Assembly (NCBI GenBank): GCA_030141605.1
Contig: JAQGDQ010000432.1
Span: forward strand, 134,731-198,730
Source: Tubiluchus corallicola
Taxonomy: Eukaryota > Animalia > Priapulida
Length of the DNA: 64,000 nt
Reading direction: 5' to 3'
The first letter of the stretch is position 1, and each line of letters starts with the position of its first letter. The notes under the pieces were generated by a model. The model did no database searches, had not been told where the DNA came from, and saw only the letters and a program-made list of their open reading frames with translations. Position numbers and translations under genes: made by a program. Positions 1-12,600 of this stretch are shown one piece after another.

Positions 1-73
1 TAAACTTGTTTCAGCTACTTCCTGTTCATTAACTTAATTAACCTTCATTAACTTAACTTGATTACAAACTTAC

Positions 74-3000
74 GTCAAACAGGTGTGTTGGCACAGTAAT
101 TAAACAGACGGCATACGAGTGCCTCAGCAACGCTCGTAGGCGATACAAAAACAACTGAACATTCCTGTCTGCATCATCGCTACTAGAGTTTCCCCATAAA
201 GACGAACCTGCAACAGAGCACTACTTTAATGATAAAAAAGTTGCTCTCTGTTTTTTATGTTGTTTACTACACATCACTAACAGAAAACAATAATTCACGC
301 ATAACTACATTAATGTCTTAAATAAACAACAATGACTGCTGTCTTGGATCACACCAGACAACAGATTTCACATTTAAGAATTTATAATAAATTTCAGCAA
401 CATCTTGAGACACTAAATCAAGTCCTATAGGCCTCAAAGAGTACTCATTTGAATATTAGCAGTTACTGCTTTAACTGTCTCGACAATTCCAGAGAATTTA
501 TGCAGTTTTCTGGCCGCTAGGTGGCACCAAAAAAAAGTTTTGAAAAATGTTGTTGAGTGCAGTTCTGCCAGAGCAATGACCATTAAATTAAGGCTTCTAA
601 TTGTTTTGTTGACGCTTTGATAGACAAATTTGCTAAAGCACAATTTTGCATTAACCACATTACGTGCAAAAACTTACCTAGAGAATGAAGAGCAACTCGG
701 AGAATGTTTCTTTCCTGTTGTGGTTTTTCTTGACTGGTTTCATATCCCTTTTCCTCGATGACGGAATGTATGCGATTTAACAAACAGTCGTATACTGTAG
801 TACTAGCTTCTTCGCACTCGTAACTGCACGGCAATTTTTAGAATAATCATAAAAAACAAAAATCATTAGAAAGATAATAGAAATAATTGCGTCCTTAAGC
901 ACGTAAATGATCACAAAGCACAAAGTAAAACCTGCAAATACAGAAATATCCAATGATTCAATGTCGGCATGTGTGACTTGAAAAGTGACAGAATTTAAGA
1001 CAATGTGAGGCAAATTCGTACCTTTTTGCTTTTTCAGATACGTAATTTATAGCATCGAAAATGGTAACATTTGTCCTTGACATCAGTTCCGCTGGCATCA
1101 ACTTTGTGAGATCAAAATAATGTCCAAAACCTTGGGAAACATTTACATTTGACTAAAAAGGAAAAAAATTGAATAAAAGAAAAATGTACTTTTTAGTTTA
1201 TCAAGTCAAACAGCATAGTTTTACTGTTTTAGCTAATTAATTGCTAATAAAACAAATGTGCAAAGCAGGGTTACATTTTGTGAAAAAAACTCGATTTTCA
1301 AAAAGGTAAGGTTTCACAAAAAACAGATTTAAGTCATGCAGAACAGTTATGCTTTTAAATCCAAAAAGGACCAGGCAATTCGAGGACTAACTAAACTCAA
1401 AACACAGCTAAATGACTCTATTATAACATTACATTGCCAGGTTTAGGCTGTTTATGTTGAGCAACAAGTATGATCAGAGACTTAATAAAGGAGTCCTTAG
1501 CTTTGTATCACAAGGCAAATTTGTAAAAGCAATGTTAATCAAATACTTGCAATGGACTAACTTACTTACTACATTGTCCTCGTAACTATTTTTGAAGCAA
1601 CTGCAAATTTTTCTAAACTAACCTAGCCCTTGTGCTAAACTAAGGAGTTTCTGAACTGTTTAATAGGAGGTGCAATCGACAACAAAGACAGCTATGAAAA
1701 AAATTTTACTCTGCATAGCAACTGTAACTTGTTTGTTGTCTAAAGATGCCTTACCTTAGCAACAGGTGAATTTTGATATCGCCAAGCGATGTTCATCTTC
1801 TCATCTGATGCTTGAGCAGAATCCGTTTCTACAGGATCCACAGTTACAGGACCAGGTACTTCCTGAAAATGGGTGAAAACCTACTTTGTAGTAAGTGACT
1901 GTAGGGAAGGAGTTTACAGTTCCTCACACAACTTAAATACCCCGACCCCAACTCGAAACCTAATTTAAACTTTAATCCTAATCCTAATCCTAATCCGTTT
2001 TACAAGCTAATTTTTTGTGTGTGGGGAATTGTAAACTTTAGCTTATTGTTCTGTTTAATAAATTTGTTAACAACACAGAATAAAAAAGTGGACAAAACAG
2101 GATGGAAATGTAATAATTATGCATTTTTTCTCCATGAATAACAGAACTATCATCAACAGTGCTAGCACGTGTTTACAACGCTATGCTGTTTGGATCATTA
2201 CGTGAACTGTACACTTGGTTTGAAATTGTAAGCTACAAGTCTGACAGGCAATGCTGACGGTGTTGTTTGAAGTTTTTGGATGTCATCTTTGGACGAAACA
2301 GATGAGTCTCACTGACCTTGCAAGCAGACAAGAACTGGCAAGGTCAGAGATGCTGGAAAGATACAAACACAGAAACATGACACTTTCAACTCCGGAGAAA
2401 CTCGAGCAAATACTTGTAAGATTTAAAATCTAATTTTGTGTAGCTGTTCTATTGTTACAAAAAAGTAAAAATATTATATTTGCTTTCAATTATGTTTTCC
2501 ATAAAAACTTTCAAATGCGAGTTTCTAATCAAATCGTAAAAGTGACAGGTATAACTATTGTAATTCATATCAAACATTATTTCAGTCAGTAATCAAGTTG
2601 GATTTCTGCTAAAGTCAGGTAATCCCACTTTCATATTTCTCACGCTATCAAAATTGCTCGTCAAACTCTAAAATTAACTAACCTTTAAAATTTTCTCATC
2701 TGTTCGATTGTTACTAGCAACGAAGATTTCATGGCCTACAACGATCCCCTCTGCTAAGAAATACTTCAGCAACACCTTTGCATAGTTTCCAAATTTGTCT
2801 TCCTCTGTAAAGCATCAAAGCCAACACATGTGATCTTGCAAAGAAGAAATTAATAATATATTCAATAAAATTGGTTTTCATCCAAAATATGTTACAGTTG
2901 TTGAGATATTGAACAGAGATTGTCTAAATGTAGCTGTTACAATTATCAGATTTTACTTAATAACATGAAAATTATTTAACTATTAATGCAAAAGCATAGC

Positions 3001-4061
3001 AATGGTTGCCCTACAAGTAACAACAATGTAGTTTTTCCTCGGCAAATTTGTTGCAATAACTTTTCTGCATGTACGGCCATTACACCAGTTTATTTATTTC
3101 TAGTACTTTTTAGAATGGTTTCAAAAATAAGATTACGCTCATCCATATTATGTGAAAGACATACCAATGAGTGTTACTGTTCCAATGGCAAGCCCTCCAC
3201 CTACAAAGAAACTCCAGATGATCATTGCAGTACATATGTTCAAAGTACTAGAGGTAAACAATTACAAAGTGAATGTTACATGAAAAATAACCATACGCGT
3301 GTGAAAGAAAACTAAAAGAGAAATTTTTTTACAGTGGAGTTACAACCTTAATTTACAGTACTTGTATCACAATTTTTTAGTTATACTCATTAGGTATTTC
3401 TAGATCTATCTTGTTAGGTAAAACAGTGTAGCTCAGTGGTAGCGTGCACGCACTCTAATTTCCATCCAAAGGCCGTGGGTTCAGTTCCTGAATGAGTTAT
3501 GCCAAAAACTTAAAACTGCTAGTTCTTCGGTCAATTATATCATTATATGGTGTTTATCAGAGCAATATGCAACCAATTATGAAAGGGCTACATTGGAATT
3601 AAATACCTTAAAGAAATTTGTTATTATTGTAATATATTACATCATCTGCCTAATGTTACTCGTTACTCATTAGATGGCTGAAACTGTGAGTGAAAGTAGA
3701 AATGGGAAGATAATCGAGAATTCCACATAGGAGAAACTTTTGTGCACGTGGCAGATGAAATTAATAATCTTTACATCCAGACTAAATTTTTGATACTGAA
3801 CAGGTTATTTTCCGGTGAGAACTTTCCTCTTCAGAAATTTCATTATTATGCAGTTAAAAAAGAAGAAATTAATTAAACGGGATTCGTACCAAGAATATGA
3901 TCAAGTGTTTGGACGCCACTAGATGACAAAAGCTGATTATTTCGGAAAGATGGTTTAGTTCCAGGAATACGACCTGATGTTCGCGTCTTTTTTTGAAAGC
4001 TTGGATTACTTGAACACGACATAATGTTATCAGTATCACTAACACCAACAAGCGCTGACAT
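74..4061 (-). CDS. ELP4: Elongator complex protein 4, 7 visible exons, 3' end beyond the left edge. Exons in transcription order: 4061-3890, 3200-3165, 2804-2683, 1862-1755, 1152-1022, 823-678, 207-74
   Basis: All introns are GT..AG and phases match. The joined translation contains [95 protein letters not shown] and FLYRLRALLR..CLITVPTHL, all matching recalled ELP4 motifs. An alternative start ATG lies at 4022. Confidence 0.95.
1910..2037. mobile_element. Small non-autonomous element (Helentron/MITE-like) in ELP4 intron 3
   Basis: Imperfect inverted repeats gtttacagttcctcacaca / tgtgtggggaattgtaaac enclose (cctaat)n telomere-like units. Confidence 0.45.
3425..3620 (+). mobile_element. Decayed tRNA-derived SINE (possible Meta-domain body) in ELP4 intron 1
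   Basis: A box tagctcagtggt and B box ggttcagttcc are followed by gttatgccaaaaacttaaaactgctag, which resembles the recalled MetaSINE core. No intact cloverleaf; the 3' boundary is approximate. Confidence 0.5.
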
Positions 4062-5854
4062 GTTGAAAAGTACGCTGCTTCCATCTAGCAGGAGAAATCG
4101 TAAAGTTAATAATAATAATAACTATAATAACAAACGCAGCAGAGAAAATAGGCTACACTAATCAAAAGCTTTCCGGAATTACATACAACATTTAACAGAG
4201 AAATCACTTTTCTTTAGCTGTTTTACTTTGCCAGATTTTATTTTATAATCATTAGTTAAAGTGTGTAGAGCTGGTATACGAATCAATGGATTAATAAGTA
4301 AGTACTGTACCGTATATACAATGCTGAACAGTGAACATTCTTGTTATTAAAAAAGTGCATCAGCTTGTAAGTTTAAACTTCAAAGAAGTACTATTAACTT
4401 TACTTGATTGACTAGTTGGGCAGATTAATAATGATGTACATTACTTTCAATATATTGTTGTATGTCACTTGACTTTATGAGTTATAAATGTAATGTTGTA
4501 AGATATACATAGTATACCGTTACACTAAGTATAACATATCAGTATATGTTTCAAGTAAAATTTTGTTGGTAGTCGGTTTTTATAAAGTTTATGTTAAAAC
4601 CAAAATGGGATATTGGCTTGGTTCAGTTGTTACCAAACTTCTTTCATTTTTAACCACTGGACATGTCACTTTGATAGTCCAATTTGTTAGTGCCATATAG
4701 TGGTACTAGTAGTAGTAATAAAAGTTAATGTTATTGTTTCATTATCATTCGATATATAACTAATTTTTGTAATGTTTTTCTAGGCACAGTGTTTATTTTG
4801 TACATCATCTGAATGTTGAACAAAAAGATTTAGAAAACAGCTGTTAACTGGATTTGTGAGGAATACCTCTCCAGATGGAGTATGTTTGATGGAATTTTGT
4901 TCGAAAGTTTAAATTATGTTACCAGATATGTAATAAGTGAGTACATTTCAACATATACTAGCTGTGTGAAATTCAGTTTCTTTTTTAAAAAATGCAGTCT
5001 AGAGCATTAACAGGAGTCAAACCCTTTGCTTCCAGCTGATAGGCTCCGCTTGTGTCTTTCGGACTGTAAAACAATGAATGATCTGTCATTTTTCAAATGC
5101 TTTGCAATATTCTAAGCAAAGGCCATCCCATTGTCTGCATGTAAGCTGTTAGAACAATACCTGTAATACCTGTTGGAATGCTGAATGCACCACTGGCTTG
5201 AACTTCTCAATTCTAATATGACTGTGCCACTATGCCGACTTTTGAACCAAATTAAAGTGTTAAGCTATAATTTCCGAGTTTATTAACGTGGATGTTATGC
5301 ATGCTTATCTGAGTTTGCGGTTGTATTCTGTCTTGGCAAAATTCCAGTTTCTCCTTAAATATTTGAGAGATGTTACTCCTTAAATCTTTTGGACTTGTGT
5401 AAGGCAATGGTAATCCCAATTAAGCAGTTGGTAAAATTTGAGCATTCAGTATCAATAGAGTCACCTACCTCTCACTATTGTTGTTAGACATGTCTCTTCT
5501 TACTAGGTTATTCAGAATTTGCGTAACACGAAATAATACTTGTTATCTGTTATATTTTGTTTAAATAGAAAAACTTTTAAATTCTGCTGTGTGTCACCTA
5601 GCTGGGGCTCTAGGTGTGAACAAGGAAAGGCGACTGCACTGTGGATGTCCTCATTGTCTTGTTACGTTTCTGTGGTAGAAGAAATTATTTATTTTAATTT
5701 TTTCTTTTTATGGTTCAGCTTGTTTATATTGTATTTTAGTGTTTCACTACTTTTTCTTCTGGCCTATGTGCCTGAATTGTTGGCTGTTGATTACTCAAGT
5801 TTAACTACCAGGCTTTTCAGTCACCTTTTTAGTAAATAATACTAATACAGTAAT

Positions 5855-5974
5855 GACTACGGCCAAATCACGTTGAAAACACCGGTTCTCGTCTGATCAC
5901 CGAAGTTAAGCAACGTAAAGCCTGATTATTACTTGGATGGGTGACCGCCTAGGAATACCAGGTGCTGTAGGCTT
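5855..5974 (+). pseudogene. Full-length 5S rRNA-derived sequence forming the head of a SINE (probably not a functional 5S gene)
   Basis: 120 nt gactacggccaaatcacgttgaaaacaccggttctcgtctgatcaccgaagttaagcaacg...ggatgggtgaccgcctaggaataccaggtgctgtaggctt is colinear with metazoan 5S rRNA. It has several substitutions and no downstream oligo-T Pol III terminator. Confidence 0.88.
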
Positions 5975-6333
5975 ACGGGATGCCCACAGTGTATCTCGAC
6001 ATTAGGGGAGGAGCTGTACAAGCAGCCAACGGCTAGAGGGTGGAGGAGGTTAAGTGACCCAACGGCCATGTGTGTAGAGGAGTAAACCTTCCAAATCAGG
6101 AGTGGAGCCCCGAAGGCGGACCAGTGCAGCATGCTCACTGACTTCGGCAGCTCCTGCAGCCAACCTGGTGCCAAACGTATCGCTCTGCTTTCCTTTGGAC
6201 TACACCAGGGTGGAAGAGAGGGGGTTCCTGTTGTCTGGGCAACTCAGGATCTCCGTACACCTTTCAAGGATCGGACTCTCTTGGCGCACATTCCATTGTC
6301 TTCCGAGACAGAAGGAAGCCAACAACAACAACA
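5855..6333 (+). mobile_element. 5S rRNA-derived SINE (SINE3-type) with RTE/Ceph-domain-like body and (AAC)n tail
   Basis: 5S head, then a ~345-nt body containing gagccccgaaggcgga and ggcagctcctgcagccaacctggtgccaaacgta, then an (aac)n tail at 6321-6333. The direct repeat actaatacagt occurs at 5841-5851 and 6334-6344 (TSD). Confidence 0.85.
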
Positions 6334-9300
6334 ACTAATACAGTTACGTAGTATAGATCCAGAGCACAGTATGTGCACAAAAGTACTTCTTCCAGTCAAG
6401 TACAGACTTCAACATTGAATGTTATGCACTTTGTTTGAAGATATTACATGTATCATATGCTGTAGATATCGATAATGGATGGCTTAAGCATTTCTAATGG
6501 TCTCATTGATACTTGATTTTTGTTTTTTTCCATTTGCTTTGCATTAAATAGCTGATAAATCTTGTGCCAATAATGCAAAACCTGTGATTATTTTGAATTG
6601 AGAATACACTGTAGAATTTTTACATTTACCTAAGCTGCAGATTGTGTTTGAGTGTCTAAAATTCTCTAAATCTAACAAATTGTAGTTTTTGAATACTGTC
6701 TCTACCTTTAAATTTCCATATTTTTAGTAGTGTGTATATTGGCGCTACTTGGTTCTCTAAATGTTTGTATTAGGCCTACCCATGCAGGCTTGTTCTATAG
6801 CATATGGATTTTTAAGAAGCAGGCAAACAAACAAGCAACAAAAAGGCACGTCCAATGCTATACCTCGCTGGTTTCTTCACAACTTTGTAATTAATTCAAC
6901 TGGGTGCTTACCTGAGCTCAAGTTACTTTGTAAGTTGACTCTTTGCAGTTGCCTTCATTAGATGTAACCTTGGTTATATCGCTTGCAACTTTTTCAATTT
7001 CTTTCGTTTTCAATGTTACAAGGAGTGGCTGTTAACCTTAATATTGTCACCTGTTGTCCTTCGTTCAACTGATAGCCATACAAATCATGAAAATAAGTTG
7101 TCGAATTCTGTTTTTTTGTGGAGTTTCATATTCATTTTGAAAATTAGTGGACAATTTCACAAAACCTCAGTGGGAAGGAAGTTAACAATTTAATATGCTG
7201 GTAGAGGGCATTGTATCAGTAAGCCCTGCATAATGGTGGAGTCATGTCTCTAATTTGCCTGACACAGTCACAGTAGTAAAATTTGATGACCCTTTTGACT
7301 TTTGTTAAAGGAAAACTGGATGATTGTGTAAACATTAGTTCAGAATAAAGAATGCTGCAAAATATTGAAAACTACAATAGCTTTTTTTAAATCAAAGCTT
7401 AGATTAAATAATAATTACTTGGGATACTCAAATTTTGTTAAACTTACAAAGCCACATGCGGCTCAGTGAATTTACTAAGATTGGTGACAGCGCCTTTTTC
7501 TCACACGGTCGACAAATAGAAGGCGGTACTATGATAACGATGATCACGAACTGCAGTGTTAGTTTCTGACGTCAAATGACGTAGAGCCCATATTCGTGAC
7601 ATCAAGCATTTAAGTTGTAACACTTACGCAAATGTGCTTGATGCTCAAGGGACATGCCTGCCATTGCACAAACTGTGGTTAATTTCTGACGTAAGCAATA
7701 GCTGTGTTCGGTTGCCGTTAATTAACTTTCTAAGCTAATTATTGAAATATAAGAAACAATTGCTAACTTTTATAGGCAAGAAAATATACGTTTTGGACAG
7801 TAAATTAAAATGAGATTGAATCTAAAAAATCGTTTGGTTTTCCTTTAATGTGTACAATAATTATGTGGAAGAGGCAGCATGGTCATTAGACTTTAATGTT
7901 GTTAAATAATAATTTTCAATACAAGTCCCTCATCCTGTTGAATTGATACGGAGAATAACCCTTGTTTCTTTATTGAAACGATATTACCACAAAAATCGTT
8001 ATTGTATAGATACCAAGAAGTATTGCACCCAATTTCATGTAAGTCCATGCTACATCTACTTACATTTGAGTTTATAATTCTTTTTTAATTAAAAATGAAA
8101 TTTAATATTCGAACTAACTATACTTTCCAAGAAAAAAAATTCTTAAATTCCCACAGTTCAGACAAATATTAATTACTCATTAAAGTTTGTTTTTAATTTA
8201 ACATATTTTTTATCGCTCATATCAAGTCAGTTTTTTAGAAAAATACATCAATTTTTATCGAGTTTAAAAATGTATCTTATCGTATTGCGTCGGAGAAGAA
8301 ATATAGTATCGCTATCGTATTGTGGGAAAAAGTATCGTATCGCTATTGTATCTCACAATTAGTATTGATTAACATGATTTTGTAGATTATCTGTCTAGTG
8401 GACTGTTTTATAATAAATTTACCATTACTGTTCAACGGCAGGGTATTCAATGGCTCTTCAATTCAGCGGCTTGACGCTGTACTTTTATGTGATATTCCCA
8501 GAGGATCTGGACAGCACCTGACCTGTCTAATAAAATTGTTCTAATGAAATTCTCTTACCACCATATGATGTCATATTGCTGTTGTGAGAAGTAAAAATCA
8601 TTAAAAATATTGAACAAATTAATTAATGTCATTTAAAATATGGTTGATAAATATTTTGCGACATAATCCACTTTTGGGATGCTAGGTCTCTTAAGGTAGC
8701 AGTAGCTGTCGTTGTTGCGCATTGCTTTCTTTGTTGTTACTTGTTAGAATGTGAATATGCCTTAACTGTCATTAAGAAGTCAACTCAGGCTAACTATCAT
8801 TTTATATTAATCTTAAATGACCAGGCACTACTGGTTGTATTTGCAGATTGTTATATAATAAACTGGTCAGTTTAGCTGCTTTTAAACATGCCTGTTGTGG
8901 ATATCACAAATAAACTGCTTACAATGTCCTCTTGAGCTTTGTGGCTATTTGAAAACTTAAACATTTTTTATCTTTTTCTCCTGACCTTCTGACCTATATC
9001 ATACCAGCGAAGTTACTTGCAGTTGTTAAAGTCAAACATTGTTTAGGTATGAACTGAAGTTCATTTTTTAGTGTAATCGTTTTTTAAAAACTCTTATTAT
9101 TATGTACTTGTAGATCTTAAAATAACGAAAATAGTAAAAAAGTTTTTTTAGTTAATGGTTGGTATAGTCGACTTTTATCTGGGTTGGTACTAAGTTATCC
9201 AAATTGTATTAAAATCACTTTTTGCACTTTATTGCCAACCTTTTATAACAAAATTAAAAAAACTTTTATGTAACCATCTTCAAAGTTTGAAATTTGCTTT

Positions 9301-9369
9301 TCTTACTGTTATGTAATCAAATATTTTGTATCTCAAGTTTTTAATCAAATAAAGTTTTGTATACATTCC

Positions 9370-10063
9370 GTAGCGCTCTCTTCCTCCTCTCGCACAAAGA
9401 GAAGTGCGCGGAGATATTTTCCAATTAAAATTGACAGAAAGTATAATTTTTAATCGTTCAATAATGACTGTTTTCGCTTGAGAAATGTTTCGAAAGGTTC
9501 CGCGAGCTTTCAAAAGCCCTGGGGATTATAAATTTGTTCCCCGTTGCGCATAAAGGTGTTTTCACGTGTTCTTCTTCTGGGAGGATCCAGGTGTCCAAGC
9601 TCCTCGGCGTTTCTCTGTGTTTGCGAGGCTTGAACCCCCTGCACCGCAGGCCATGCTTCGTACCGGGTTCTTCTACGCTTCAGTTGCATTCTTTACACTA
9701 GCTTGAGACGGGAAGTCATTTCATTGTCGAATTGTCCTGATTTCTTTAGCTCGGTTGATTCTCGCACTGTTGTGCCCGTAAGAAGATCGCTGCTCTGACA
9801 TGTTAGTGACCTCAAAAACTTGCCGGTCACCTCACTTGAACCTTGGTCGCCGTGCGGCAGCGCCTTGTCACAGTGCATGACTATCTACTGCTGTGCCGTG
9901 TGTGTACGCGTTAAACTATCCTCCTGCACTTCGAGTTGGACTTCGGCTTGGTCTAAATAGTGTGCGAGTAATTATTAGGATACAATTTGCTTTTGGTGAT
10001 TACTCGAGTGTATAGGATTTGCTTATTTGTTGGTTACTGGCTACATAAATCATGGAGACTTCT
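9370..10063 (+). promoter_or_regulatory. Candidate distal promoter/first exon of the Ikaros-like gene, ending in ATG GAG ACT TCT|gtaagt
   Basis: CpG-richer island in AT-rich DNA, ATG at 10052 in a strong Kozak context (aaatcATGg) and a perfect donor gtaagt at 10064. Assignment to this gene is inference. Confidence 0.4.
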
Positions 10064-10261
10064 GTAAGTTACGTTTTAAATGTATTTTAACTCTTTAATT
10101 CGCAATATTGACCTTATTTTGTTGCCCGCTAATTATACTACATGCATATTCTTTTCTCTGGATTGCATAGAAAATGTCACAATTTTAAAAATTGCTAATG
10201 TTTCCTAAATTAAACTGATAGCATTAATGCCCCCGCCAGTGTATAAAATATCTTTTTATCT

Positions 10262-10430
10262 ATATTCGGTAAAGGACAGCAGACTAGGTGACTTTATAGT
10301 CTCTTCGCTATCCTTTCTCTAGTTCTAGATCTATCTATACATTTTAACCATTTTTCAAAACTTATTAGAGATTATTTTATTAATCATGTTTTATTGTAAC
10401 ACTATAAGGAGATAAATAAATTGAAATTGA
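10262..10430 (+). mobile_element. LINE (CR1/L2-group) 3' end remnant
   Basis: Stem-loop aaaggacagcagactag...gctatccttt followed by ggagataaataaattgaaattgaa; related to the LINE tails at 19.3 and 30.2 kb. Confidence 0.5.
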
Positions 10431-11557
10431 AAAAAAATTTAACTCTTTAATTCGCAGTATCCAAAGATGTTTAAAAACATGTCGTGGCGTCTGTGTCTTG
10501 GTTAAGTTTCTGTTCAGGCTAATCCGTGAAACATATTTTTACACTCTTTCTTTGTTAACAGAAGTGTTGCAAGATATTTTGATAACCCATTATTTGGTTA
10601 TTTTTCTAAATAAGTCAACAAGAGTCACTCTGACCGTTTTTGTAATGGAAGTTTACAGGGACAAAATAGGCTTAAGTGAAACTTACGTTGCTGCTTGGTC
10701 TTGAACGGCAAATCGGCAAGTCAGAATTTTAGGTTTTGAAATGGAATGAGTGCAATGTGCAGTGTGGCTGATAAATGTGAACAAAGCTTTACTGTGTGTA
10801 ACCTCTGTTCAGACATTTCACTGGCTACGTGAGACAAACAGCTCCTAGTAAGACGTTTACAAAAAAACCTGTTAAATGCGTAGTTGCTGTCAGTTGACGG
10901 CTTGTTGCATGCCTGCTCTGATTTATTATTGTAAATTCTATTAAATAGTGTGCAAGTTTACTGTTCAATATTTACGTTTGACACCATTATGCAATAAAAT
11001 CTAGACATTTGAAAATAAATTTACAGTTTGCAAAATATGGCTGCTGTCGTTATTTGTTCGCTTCGTTACGATCTTGTTGTTTATACATGAATAATTCTGA
11101 GGTAATCGTCCGGAAAAGTATGAGCAAAGTTGATACAATTTGACATTAAAACTTAAATTACTAGGATCACGATTCACGAATAACCAGAAACGTATATTTG
11201 TTTTCAATGTTTACATGTAACCGTTTTGTTTATTTATTAGCTAAGGCAACGAATTTGATCATGGCGGTGATCGGTGGGTAGTGTCGGCGAGGGGGTTATT
11301 TAAGAAACCGTAGCTCTGACAGGCATGGGTACTCAAAAACAGTTTTTTGCGTCAATTTAAGAGTCAAGTGCTACAGAAGGAGTAAAAAAGAAGAAGAATA
11401 GATAAAAACGGTCGGAACATGTCCAGCGCTTCCCGTATATATAAAAATTTCATTTTAACTCTTCGTTTTTCTATCTCCTATTTTTCAATTAAACAAAGGA
11501 CCCCCGGTGGGAAACTTTTTCGTATGCTCCAGAGAACATGCCTTGTCAAGTACTTAA

Positions 11558-11994
11558 CCCTTTCAGTCCCAAATTATTTTTTTATAAGAAAAAAATTTTG
11601 TGGCTTGGTACTTTTGTTCAATATGTCCATCTTGTTTACACATAATAATTATTTTTTTCTGCCTGTGCCCGCGTGCTAAATATAGCCTGTATCCCACGGG
11701 ATACGTTGGGATTCAATGGAAGCATAAAATGTGCTTCATTTTGCATTTAAGACATTTAGTACGCACGCTATGCTGATCTGTACAAAGTCATCTCTAAAAT
11801 ACTGTACCTTGCGCAGTTTTTTATGCTATGTAGATTTTCTAGTTTGCCATTTTATCACCATTTTTGGTCTATTGTTATTGGCTTAAATCAAAATAACTAT
11901 TAACAGATCAAATGACTCTAAGTTTTAAAATTTTATTAATTTGAAAGGCAGAAAATATTCTCGTATCCCACGAGATACAACGGGTATGAAAGGG
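11558..11994. mobile_element. piggyBac-like MITE, copy 1
   Basis: TTAA on both sides (11554-11557 and 11995-11998), TIRs ccctttcagtccc / gggtatgaaaggg, internal palindrome gtatcccacgggatac. Confidence 0.8.
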
Positions 11995-12600
11995 TTAATA
12001 ACAAAGTCTTTACGAATTACCAAGGCAAGAGTTTTTGATTTTTGGGTACTGACCAACAGGATCGGCAATATGGAAGACGGGCTATTATTACCCTAATTTC
12101 CACTGTTTCAATCTCTCCATTAACTACTGTGTAACGTAATTACCTGAGGAATTAGATGATGTCAATAATAAATCCATATACTTCATAAGGAAGCAGCAGT
12201 TGTTATTTTTGGTGCCAATATCCAGTTGAGCTATTAGGCCAACCTAGCAGAGCTGGCTTGAATTATGCTTCTAGTACTACACAATCAGTCACAGAACAAC
12301 CTACCTGATATGTTAAGGCCTATATTTTGCATCTCTTTAAAGGACCTGCAAAGACTTATATAATTTATCTGAGTAGCATCCTGGGATTAGTTCTAGAAAA
12401 GACAGAATGGAATCTCATTTCCTCTTTGATTGTTGTTGTTAGTTTTTTTATAAATTTGTTATTTCTTTGGCTCAACAAATTGCTCCTGTGTTCCTTACAG
12501 AAATACTTTGCGTATAAAGTGTGTGAAAATGTGAGCTAATGGCCTTCTTATGCAGAGTGATTTTCCTTTGAGAAGTTGGCAGGAATAATAATAATAATTT
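11558..12600. mobile_element. Composite element (MITE + ~600-bp segment ending in (aat)n), copy 1, flanked by a 36-bp direct repeat
   Basis: gtatgctccagagaacatgccttgtcaagtacttaa occurs at 11522-11557 and 12601-12636. The whole unit is colinear with 26451-27533. Confidence 0.75.

Noticed and set aside
3425-3495. tRNA gene (also tRNA-like traces near 29150, 35970 and 56390-56440)
   Set aside because: A/B boxes only, with no intact cloverleaf or terminator; better explained as decayed SINE heads.
5855-5974. Functional 5S rRNA gene
   Set aside because: Single copy with no oligo-T terminator and several substitutions; it continues into a SINE body, tail and TSD.
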